64,000 nucleotides of DNA from Mobula hypostoma (taxonomy: Eukaryota). Below the pieces are notes generated by a model. It was not told where the DNA came from and ran no database searches. It worked only from the letters and a program-made list of their open reading frames with translations. This document shows, piece by piece, positions 38,385 through 48,688 of this stretch; position 1 is the first letter of the stretch; each line of letters starts with the position of its first letter. Made by a program: the position numbers and the translations under genes. Location: NCBI RefSeq assembly GCF_963921235.1, contig NC_086110.1:12958001-13022000 (forward strand). The letters are read 5' to 3'.

Positions 38385-41010
38385 TAAACACACATAAAAA
38401 TTGCTGGTGAACGCAGCAGGCCAGGCAGCATCTATAGGAAGAGGTACAGTCGACGTTCGGGCCAAGACCCTTCGACAGGACTAACTGAAAGAAGAGATAG
38501 TATGAGATTTGAAAGTGGGAGGGGTACGGGGATATCCGAAAAGATTGGAGATGACAGGAGGGGGAAGGATGGAGCTAAGATCCGGAAAGTAAATTGGCAA
38601 ACGGGATATGAGATGATCATGGGACAGGAGGCCAAGGGAGAAAGAAAGGGGGAGGGGGAAGCTCAGAGGATAGGCAAAGAGTATATTGAAATAGACAGAT
38701 GGAGTAAAAGGAGAAAGAGAAAAAAATTAATAATAATCACAAAAAATAAATAAATAAATAAACTGATGGGGTGCGAAGGGGAGGTGGGGCATTAACGGCA
38801 GTTTGAAAAGTCAATGTTCATGCCATCAGGTTGGAATCCACCCAGACGGAATATAAAGTTTTGTTCTTTCGACCTGAGTGCGGCTTCATCTCGACAGTGG
38901 AGGAGGCCATGGATAGACATATCCCCGTCCCCAACTTTATCCGCTCAGGGGATCTTGTATCCACTGCTACGAACCTTATTTTTCCCACATCCCGCACTTC
39001 CTGTTTCTACCGCCTACCCATTCATCCACAAACCTGCCTGTCCTGGCAGACCTATTGTCTCAGCTTGCTCCTGCCTCACCGAACTAACTTCTGCATACCT
39101 CGACACGGTTTTATCCCCCCTTGTTTAATCCCTTCCTACCGATGTTCGTGACACTTCTCACGCTCTGAATTTTTTCGATGATTTTTAGCTCCCGGCCCCC
39201 ACCGGTTTATTTTCACCATGGATGTCCAGTCCTTATATACTTCCATCCCCCACCAGCAAGGTCTCAAAGCTCTCCGCTTCTTTTTGGATTCCAGACCTAA
39301 CCAGTTCCCCTCTACCACCACTCTGCTCCGTCCAGCGAAAATAGTCCTTACACTTTTTAATTTCTCTTTTAGCTCCTCCCACTTCCCCCAAACTAAAGGT
39401 GCAGCCATGGGCACCCGTAGGGGTCCTATTTATGCCTGCCTTTTTGTTGGCTTTGTGGAACAATCCATGTGTCAAACCTATTCTGATATCTGTCCCCCAT
39501 GTTTCCTTCGCTGCATCTACGATTGCATTGGCGCTGCTTCCTGCACGCATGCTGAGCTCTTTGACTTCATTAACTTTGCCTCCAACTTTCACCCTGCCCT
39601 CAAGTTTACTTGGTCCATTTCCGATACATCTCTCCCCTTTCCAGATCTTTCTGTCTCTATCTCTGGAGACAGCTTATCTACTGATGTCTACTATAAGCCT
39701 ACGGACTCTCACAGATACCTGGACTATTCGTCTGCTCACCCTGTTTCTTGCAAAAACGCCATCCCCCTCTCGCAATTCCTCCGACTCCGCCGCATCTGCT
39801 CTGAGGATGAGGCTTTTCATTCCAGGACGAAGGAGATGTCCTCCTTTTTTAAGGCAAGGGGCTTCCCTTCCTCCACTATCAACTTTGCTCTCAAAAGCAT
39901 CTCTCCCATTTCACGCACATCTGGTCTCACCCCATCCTCCTGCCACCCCACTAGGAAGAGAGTTCCCCTTGTCCTCACCTAACACCCCACCTGCATCCGG
40001 TTCCAATATATAATTCTCCGTAGCTTCCGCCACCTCCAACGGGATCCTACTACTAAACGCATCTTTCCCTCCCCCGCTCTCTGTTTTCCGCAGGAATCGC
40101 TCCCTACGCGACTCCCTTGTCCATTCGTCCCCCCTGTCCATTCCCACCGATCTCCCTCCTGGAACTGATCCTTGTAAGCGGAACAAGCTCTACTCATGCC
40201 CTTACATTTCCTCCCTCACCACCATTCAGGGCCCCAGACAACTTTCCAGGTGAAGCGACACTTCACCTGTGAGTCGGCCGGGGTGATATACTGCGTCCGG
40301 TGCTCCCGATGCGGCCTTCTATAGAATGGCGAGATCCGACGCAGACTGGGAGACCGTTTTGCTGAACACCTACGCTCTGTCCGCCAGAGAAAGTCGGATC
40401 TCCCAGTGGCCACACATTTTAATTCCACGTCCCATTTTCATTCCGATATGTCTGTCCACGGCCTCCTTTACTGTAAAGATGAAGCCACACTCAGGTTGGA
40501 GGAACAGCGCCTTATATTCCGTCACGGTAGCCTCCAACCTGATGGCATGATCAGTGACTTCTCTACCTTCCATTAATGTCCTACCTCCCCTTCGTACCCC
40601 ATCCGTTATTTATTTATTTATTTATTTATTAATCATCTTTTTCTCCCTCTCCTTTTCTCCCCTCTGTCACTTTCACTACACTCCTTGCCCATGCTCTGGG
40701 ATTCCCCCCTCCCCTTTTCTTTCTCCCTAGGCCTCCCGTCCCATAATCCTCCCATATCCCTTTTGCCAATCAAGTCTCCAGCTCTTTGCTCCACCCCTCC
40801 ACCTCCTGTCTTCTCCTATCATTTCGGATCTCCCCCTCCCCTCTCACTTTCAAATCTCTTACTATCTCTTCCTTCAGTTAGTCCTACCGGAAGGTCTGGG
40901 CCCGAAACGTCGACTGTACCTCTGCCGATAGATGCTGCCTGGCCTGCTGCGTTCACCAGCAATTTTTATCTGTGTTCCTTGAAATTCCAGCATCTGCAGG
41001 TTTCCTCGTG
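38385..41010 (+). mobile_element. Penelope-like element (RT + GIY-YIG) with inverted terminal arm
   Basis: RT MDVQSLYTSIPH..GAAMGT..(YIDD decayed to IYD)..VYYKPTD; GIY-YIG FTCESAGVIYCVRC..RLGDRFAEH..VATHFN; 38385-38923 is the reverse complement of about 40445-40975. Confidence 0.92.
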
Positions 41011-41052
41011 TTTTGGTATTCTTTTGCCGTCATCGTTCGAATACTTAGATAT

Positions 41053-41625
41053 ATACTCATTGGCTATTTTATAAAGTGCACCTGCATACCCGCTCGTCAA
41101 TGCAAGTATCTTGTCAGACATATACAGTATGTGGCAGCAAAGCAATGCATAATAGCATACAGTCATGGCTAAAAAGTACAGTTGTTGTTCGGACCAAACA
41201 TCAAAATGGGGAAGAAATGCGAGCTAACAGACTTTCACCGTGGAATGATTCTTGGTGCCAGACGGGGTGATTTGGTATCTCAGAAACTGTTGATCGGCTG
41301 AGAATTTCATGTACAACAGTCTCCAAAGTTTAAAGAGAATGGTGCGAAAAAACACGAAGAAACATCAAGTGAGTGACAGTTCTTTCAGCGAAAACTCATT
41401 ATTAATGAGAGAGACCAGAGGAGACTGGCTGGTTCACGCTGACAGGAAGGCGACAGTAAACACCTGTTAAAGCAGTGATGCGCAGACGAGTATCTCTGAC
41501 AGCACAAAACATCGAACCTTGAAGTAGGTGGGCTGCAACAGCAAAAGATCACGAAAATACAGAAATAAACTCAGTGGCCACTTTATTGGATACGTCATGT
41601 AGTTAATAAATTTGTCACTGCGATT
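41053..41625 (+). mobile_element. Internally deleted Tc1 derivative (MITE-like)
   Basis: Degenerate CTCAGTGGCCACTTTATT-type TIRs; residual MGKKCELTDFHRGMILGARRG DNA-binding N-terminus. Confidence 0.7.
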
Positions 41626-41959
41626 ATCATGTTTATGGATGCGAATTCATTTTCTCTACTGCTAGCAGTTCATCTAAATGTTGGGCAGACTTCACCGGGG
41701 GAACGAATTTCCTACGCATGCTATTGAGTTACTCATTGGTCAGCTGGTACCTGAAGACCATTTATTTTTAACAATAATGGATATGAACAACTTACTTCCA
41801 CTTTCCAATTCTAGATTAGGAATCGTGGTCCTTGATTTTATTTTCACAACACTTGGACAATATAATTTACTAATGGAACCAGGGAGGCAACGTGACTTTT
41901 TCTGCATGTGTCGATTATTCAAGGACAGTGCATGTTCCTCACAGTTTGGTTGGCTCGAT

Positions 41960-42466
41960 TTTGTTCTTCAGTTTGTGCTACCGTAGTGCAGTTCGTAGCA
42001 AAACTGCACTAACAGCGACTCATTTGCTTGCATCTTCGGAAACTGCTCTATTTCCATCCTAAGTATCTCTTTTTCCCCTTTTCAGAGTTCTTTTGAAGAC
42101 CCTGACTTGGAGTTACACGGGGACTTCGATTCTTTGCGGAAATGGGACCCACTCTCTGGGCCTCACGACCTGTCACTTTTAGATATGGCAGAGACGCGGT
42201 ACAGGATTTTCGTGGCTCTTGGGACGAGCTAACTGGAGGCTAATGTCGCCGCCTGATGTTTCGTGGGAGTTCACGAAATATCGAAAGCAGCAAGCTGGCT
42301 GTTGGCTATATACCCAGAGACCTAAATTCTTTGGGCACAGTAATCTGAAAAAGCGAGGCAACAGACTTTTAACACCATGAATCAGTGAGTGGTTTTGTTA
42401 TGTCTCCCCTCTCGCTGTGAAACGTGGACATCACTTTTTCCCTTATTAGCGAGAGAGAGAGAGAGA

Positions 42467-42502
<36 letters not shown>

Positions 42503-42795
42503 ATGTGGTATGTCGAAAACCGGGTGAACGAGTAGTCTTTGGCGTATGTCTCCGTTTTGATGCTTTGCTGCACGCTTGAGTGCTCGGTGGAGAATGCAGA
42601 TGCTTTTTTTGCTGGTGTGAGAGGGCCGGTCGTTGCTTTGCTACTGCTTATGCGTGGGTGGGGTGCTTTGGGGTTCCAACATTTAACTGTCACTCATTCT
42701 TTGAGGCACTCCTCTGTTTTTGTGGATGCTACTGAGGAAAAAGAATTTCAGGATGTATATTTTATACATTTCTCTGACATTAAATGTACCTTTTA
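41960..42795 (+). mobile_element. Unclassified non-autonomous element with LINE-like 3' tail, containing (GA)n at 42451-42500
   Basis: 3' end GAATTTCAGGATGTATAT...ATTAAATGTACCTTT resembles the tail near 37690-37765; 5' boundary uncertain. Confidence 0.45.
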
Positions 42796-45557
42796 AAAAT
42801 ATTGAAATAAAGTGAAGGTTGAGATACACTTGAAAAGTTACAGCTCTTTAATTAAGTGGAAAGAATTTACTTCAAAATTTGAATTAATTGCCGTTTTGAG
42901 GTCATCATTATGAGATTATTTACAGTGTCATGAAAAAGTTCGGGCACCCCAGTCAAAATTTCTGGTTAAGTGAGTCGAAGATGAGCTGATCTCCAAAAGT
43001 CATAAAGTTAAAGATAAATCATTCTTTTCAACATTTTGAGCAATATTAATGTATTATTTCTGTTTGGTACAATTTCAGATTCAAAAAAAAGGGAAAGGAG
43101 CACCAGGCAAATGTTTGGGAACCCCAAAAGAATTGAGCTGTCAGATAACTTTTACGAAGGTCTCTGACCTTAATTAGCTTGTTAGGGCTATGGGTAGTTC
43201 ACAGTCATCGTTAGGGAAGGCCAGCTGATGCAAATTTCAAAGGTTTATAAATACCCTGACTCCTGAAACCTTGTCCCAACAATCAGCAGGCATGGGATCC
43301 TCTAAGCAGCTGCCCAGCAGTCTGAAAGTTAAAACAAACATGTTCACAAAGCAGGAGAAGGCTATAAGAAGATAGTAAAGCGTTCTCAGGTAGCCGTTTC
43401 ATCAGTTCGTAATGTAATTAAGAAATGGCAGTTAACAGGAACGGTGGAGGTCAAGTTAAGGGCTGGAAGACCAAGAAAACTTTCCGAGAGAACTGCTCGT
43501 CGGATTGCTAGAAAGGCAAATCAAAACCCCCGTTTGACTGCAAAAAGACCTTCAGGAAAATTTAGCAGACTCTGGAGCGGTGGTGCACTGTTCTACTGTG
43601 CAGCGACACCTGCACAAATATGACCTTCATGGAAGAGTCATTGGAAGAAAACCTTTCTTGCGTCCTCACAACAAAATTCAACGTCATAAATTTGCAAAGG
43701 AACATCTAAACAAGTCTGATGCATTTTGGATACAAGGCCTGTGGACTATTGAATTTGGAATAGAACTTTTTGGCCGCAATGAGCAAAGGTATGTTTCGAG
43801 AAAAAAAGTGTGCAGAATTTTATGAAAAGAACACCTCTCCGACTGTTAAGCACGGGGGTGGATCGATCATGCTTAGGGCTTGCGTCGTAGCCAGTGGCAC
43901 GGGGAACATTTCACTGGTAGAGGGAAGAAAGAATTCAATATATTACCAGCAAATCCTGGAAGTGAACATCACACCATTTGTAAAAAAAATCTGAAGATGA
44001 CATGCCAGTGAGGGTAGGAATAGGATGCTCTGGAGGATGAACACGTGGCTGAGGAACTGGTGTAGGGAGCAGGGTTTCAGATTTCAGGATAATTGGGACC
44101 CCTTCTGGGGCAGATGGGACTTTTACAAGAGAGATGGGTTACACTTGAACTACAGGGGGACCAATATCCTTTCAGGGAGGTTTGTTAATGCTATTGGGGA
44201 GGCTTTAAACTAGATTTTCAAGGGGATGGGAACCAGAGTGCCAGAGCTGACAGTGTGGCTGGGGTGAAAATTAATGATGTTAAAAAGTTCAAGCAAATCC
44301 GCTAATAGAAAGGTAGTGAGTGGTGGTAAAAATCTTCTGAGGTGCATATATATCAATGCTAGGAGTATTGCGGGGAAGGCGGATGAGTTGAGGGCGTGGA
44401 TTGACACGTGGAATTATGACGTTATAGCAATTAGTGAAACTTGGCTACAGGAAGGGCAGGACTGGCAGCTTAATATTCCAGGGTTCTGATGTTTCAGATT
44501 TGATCGAGGCAGAGGAATGAAAGGTGGGGCAGTAGCATTGCTTGTTAGTGAAAATATTACAGCAGTGTTCAGGCAGGACAGATTAGAGGGCTTGTCTACT
44601 GAGTGGAGATGAGAAACAGGAAAGGTTAGTGGGATTGTATTACAGACCACCCAATAGTCAACGAGAATTGGAAGAGCAAATCTGCAAAGAGATAGCAGGC
44701 AACTGCTGGAAACATAAAGTTGTGGTCGTAGGGGATTTTAATTTTCCATATATTGATTGGAACTCCCATACTGTTAGCGGTCTAGATGGTTTAGAGTTTG
44801 TAAAATGTGTTCAGGAAAGTTTTCTAAATCAATATATAGAGGGACTAACTACAGGGGATGCAATTTTGGATCTCCTGTTAGGAAACGAGTTAGGACAATT
44901 GACTGAAGTCTGTGCAGGGGAGCACTTTGTTTCCAGTGATCATAACACCATTAGTTTCAGCTTGATCATGGACAAGGATAGATCTGGTCCGAGGGTTGAG
45001 GTTCTTAACTGGAAAAAGGCCAAATATGAAGAAACGAGAAAGGATCTAAAAAGCGTGGACTGGGACAGGTTGTTCTCTGGCAAGGATGAGATCGGTAGGT
45101 GGGAAGCCTTCAAAGGAGAAATTTTGAGAGTGCAGAATTTGTATGTTCCTGTCAGGATTAAAGGCAAAGTAAATAGGAATAAGGAATCTTGAATCTCAAG
45201 GGATATTGCAACTCTGATAAAGAAGAAGAGGGAGTTGTATAACATGTATAGGAAGCAGGGAGTAAGTAAGGTGCTTGAGGAGTATAAGAAGTGCAAGAAA
45301 ATACTAAAGAAATAAATCAGGAGGCCTGAAAAAAGACATGAGGTTGACCTGGCAGTCAAAGTGAAGGATAATCCAAAGAACTTTTACAGGTATATTAAGA
45401 GAAAAAGGATTGTAAGGGATAAAATTGGTACTCTTGAAGATCAGAGTGGTCGGCTATGTGCGGAACCAAAGGAAATGGAGGAGATCTTAAATAGTTTTTT
45501 TGCGTCTATATTTACTAAGGAAACTGGCATGAAGTCTATGGAATTAAGAGAAACAAG

Positions 45558-48500
45558 CGGGGGCTACTGAGGTGACTTTAAACTAGAATGGTTGGGGGGT
45601 GGGAATCAAATTAAAGCGGCTAGGTGTGAGGAGGTTAGTTCACAACAGAGGGATGGGAACCAGTGCAGAGAGGCAGAGGGGTGTAAAGTGAGCGTAGAAG
45701 CAAAAAGTACAAAGGGGAAAAGTAAAAGTGGCAGGCCGACAAATCCAGGGCAAGCATTAAAAAGGGCTAAGAGAGTTGTAAAAGAGCGCCTGAAGGCTTT
45801 ATGTGTCAATGCAAGGAGCATTCGTAATATGGTGGATGAATTGAAAGTGCAGATTGTTATTAATGATTATGATATAGTTGGGATCACAGAGACATGGCTC
45901 CAGGGTGACCAGGGATGGGAGCTCAACGTTCAGGGATATTCAATATTCAGGAGGGATAGACACGAAGGAAGGGGAGGTGGGGTGGCGTTGCTGGTTAAAA
46001 AAGAGATTAACGCAATAGAAAGGAAGGACATAAGCCGGGAAGATGTGGAATCGATATGGGTAGAGCTGCGTAACACTAAGGGGCAGAAGACGCTGGTGGG
46101 AGTTGTGTACAGGCCACCTAACAGTAGTAGTGAGGTCGGAGATGGTATTAAACAGGAAATTAGAAATGTGTGCAATAAAGGAACAGCAGTTATAATGGGT
46201 GACTTCAATCTACATGTAGACTGGGTGAACCAAATTGGTAAAGGTGCTGAGGAAGAGGATTTCTTGGAATGTATGCGGGATGGTTTTTTGAACCAACATG
46301 TCGAGGAGCCGACTAGAGAGCAGGCTATTCTGGACTGGGTTTTGAGCAATGAGGAAGGGTTAATTAGCGATCTTGTCGTGAGAGGCCCCTTGGGTAAGAG
46401 TGACCATAATATGGTGGAATTCTTCATTAACATGGAGAGTGACGTAGTTAATTCAGAAACAAAGGTTCTGAACTTAAAGAGGGGTAACTTTGAAGGTATG
46501 AGACATGAATTAGCTAAGATAGACTGGCAAATGACACTTCAAGGATTGACGGTTGATATGCAATGGCAGGCATTTAAAGGTTGCATGGATGAACTACAAC
46601 AATTGTTCATCCCAGTTTGGCAAAAGAATAAATCAAGGAAGGTAGTGCACCCGTGGCTGACAAGAGAAATTAGGGATAGTATCAATTCCAAAGAAGTAGC
46701 ATACAAATTAGCCAGAGAAAGTGGCTCACCTGAGGACTGGGAGAAATTCAGAGTTCAGCAGAGGAGGACAAAGGGCTTAATTAGGAAGGGGGAAAAAGAT
46801 TATGAGAGAAAACTGGCAGAGAACATAAAAACGGACTGTAAAAGCTTTTATAGATATGTAAAAAGGAAAAGACTGATAAAGACAAATGTAGGTCCCCTGC
46901 AAACAGAAACAGGTGAATTGATTATGGGGAGCAAGGACATGGCAGACCAATTGAATAATTACTTTGGTTCTGTCTTCACTAAGGAGGACATAAATAATCT
47001 TCCAGAAATAGTAACGGACAGAGGGTCCAGTGAGATGGAGGAACTGAGCGAAATACATGTTAGTAGGGAAGTGGTGTTAGGTAAATTGAAGGGATTGAAG
47101 GCAGATAAATCCCCAGGGCCAGATGGTCTGCATCCCAGAGTGCTTAAGGAAGTGGCCCAAGAAATAGTGGATGCATTAGTAATAATTTTTCAAAACTCGT
47201 TAGATTCTGGACTAGTTCCTGAGGATTGGAGGGTGGCTAATGTAACCCCACTTTTTAAAAAAGGAGGGAGAGAGAAACCGGGGAATTATAGGCCGGTTAG
47301 CCTAACGTCGGTGGTGGGGAAACTGCTGGAGTCAGTTATCAAGGATGTGATAACAGCACATTTGGAAAGCGGTGAAATGATCGGACAAAGTCAGCATGGA
47401 TTTGTGAAAGGAAAATCATGTCTGACGAATCTCATAGAATTTTTTGAGGATGTAACTAGTAGAGTGGATAGGGGAGAACCAGTGGATGTGGTATATTTGG
47501 ATTTTCAAAAGGCTTTTGACAAGGTCCCACATAGGAGATTAGTGTGCAAACTTAAAGCACACGGTATTGGGGGTAAGGTATTGGTGTGGGTGGAGAATTG
47601 GTTAGCAGACAGGAAGCAAAGAGTGGGAATAAACGGGACCTTTTCAGAATGGCAGGCGGTGACTAGTGGGGTACCACAAGGCTCAGTGCTGGGACCCCAG
47701 TTGTTTACAATATATATTAATGAGTTGGATGAGGGAATTAAATGCAGCATCTCCAAGTTTGCGGATGACACAAAGCTGGGTGGCAGTGTTAGCAGTGAGG
47801 AGGATGCTAAGAGGATGCAGGGTGACTTGGATAGGTTGGCTGAGTGGGCAAACTCATGGCAGATGCAATTTAATGTGGATAAATGTGAAGTTATCCACTT
47901 TGGTGGCAAAAATAGGAAAACAGATTATTATCTGAATGGTGGCCGATTAGGAAAAGGGAAGGTGCAACGAGACCTGGGTGTCATTATACACCAGTCATTG
48001 AAAGTGGGCATGCAGGTACAGCAGGCGGTGAAAAAGGCGAACGGTATGCTGGCATTTATAGCGAGAGTATTCGAGTACAGGAGCAGGGAGGTACTACTGC
48101 AGTTGTACAAGGCCTTGGTGAGACCACACCTGGAGTATTGTGTGCAGTTTTGGTTCCCTAATCTGAGGAAAGACATCTTTGCTATAGAGGGAGTACAAAG
48201 AAGGTTCACCAGATTGATTCCTGGGATGGCAGGTCTTTCATATGAAGAAAGACTGGATGAACTGGGCTTGTACTCGTTGGAATTTAGAAGATTGAGGGGG
48301 GATCTGATTGAAACGTATAAGATCCTAAAGGGATTGGACAGGCTAGATGCGGGAAGATTGTTCCCGATGTTGGGGAGGTCTAGAACGAGGGGTCACAGTT
48401 TGAGGATAGAGGGGAAGCCTTTTAGGACCGAGGTTAGGAAAAACTTCTTCACACAGAGAGTGGTGAATGTGTGGAATTCTCTGCCACAGCAAACTATTGA

Positions 48501-48688
48501 GGCCAGTTCATTAGCTATGTTTAAAAGGAAGTTAGATATGGCCCTTGTGGCTACAGGGGTCAGGGGGTATGGAGGGAAGGCTGGGTTCTGAGTTGGATGA
48601 TCAGCCATGATCATAATAAATGGCGGTGCAGGCTCGAAGGGCCGAATGGCCTACTCCTGCACCTATTTTCTATGTTTCTATGTTTCTA
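45558..48688 (+). mobile_element. CR1 LINE family B inserted in family A; retains ORF1 tail and complete ORF2
   Basis: Junctions ...GAAACAAG| and |(AAG)TAGTGAG reconstitute the host CR1; (TTCTATGT)n tail. Confidence 0.97.
45592..48591 (+). CDS. CR1 ORF2: APE endonuclease + reverse transcriptase, uninterrupted 999 codons
   Basis: NARS, GITETW, YRPP, GDFN, LDWV, SDHN; YRPVSLTS, QHGF, LDFQKAFDKV, GVPQGSVLGP, KFADD; C-terminal FFTQRVVNVWNSLP. The listed start codon is TTG, not ATG. Confidence 0.97.
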   Translation: MGGGNQIKAARCEEVSSQQRDGNQCREAEGCKVSVEAKSTKGKSKSGRPTNPGQALKRAKRVVKERLKALCVNARSIRNMVDELKVQIVINDYDIVGITETWLQGDQGWELNVQGYSIFRRDRHEGRGGGVALLVKKEINAIERKDISREDVESIWVELRNTKGQKTLVGVVYRPPNSSSEVGDGIKQEIRNVCNKGTAVIMGDFNLHVDWVNQIGKGAEEEDFLECMRDGFLNQHVEEPTREQAILDWVLSNEEGLISDLVVRGPLGKSDHNMVEFFINMESDVVNSETKVLNLKRGNFEGMRHELAKIDWQMTLQGLTVDMQWQAFKGCMDELQQLFIPVWQKNKSRKVVHPWLTREIRDSINSKEVAYKLARESGSPEDWEKFRVQQRRTKGLIRKGEKDYERKLAENIKTDCKSFYRYVKRKRLIKTNVGPLQTETGELIMGSKDMADQLNNYFGSVFTKEDINNLPEIVTDRGSSEMEELSEIHVSREVVLGKLKGLKADKSPGPDGLHPRVLKEVAQEIVDALVIIFQNSLDSGLVPEDWRVANVTPLFKKGGREKPGNYRPVSLTSVVGKLLESVIKDVITAHLESGEMIGQSQHGFVKGKSCLTNLIEFFEDVTSRVDRGEPVDVVYLDFQKAFDKVPHRRLVCKLKAHGIGGKVLVWVENWLADRKQRVGINGTFSEWQAVTSGVPQGSVLGPQLFTIYINELDEGIKCSISKFADDTKLGGSVSSEEDAKRMQGDLDRLAEWANSWQMQFNVDKCEVIHFGGKNRKTDYYLNGGRLGKGKVQRDLGVIIHQSLKVGMQVQQAVKKANGMLAFIARVFEYRSREVLLQLYKALVRPHLEYCVQFWFPNLRKDIFAIEGVQRRFTRLIPGMAGLSYEERLDELGLYSLEFRRLRGDLIETYKILKGLDRLDAGRLFPMLGRSRTRGHSLRIEGKPFRTEVRKNFFTQRVVNVWNSLPQQTIEASSLAMFKRKLDMALVATGVRGYGGKAGF

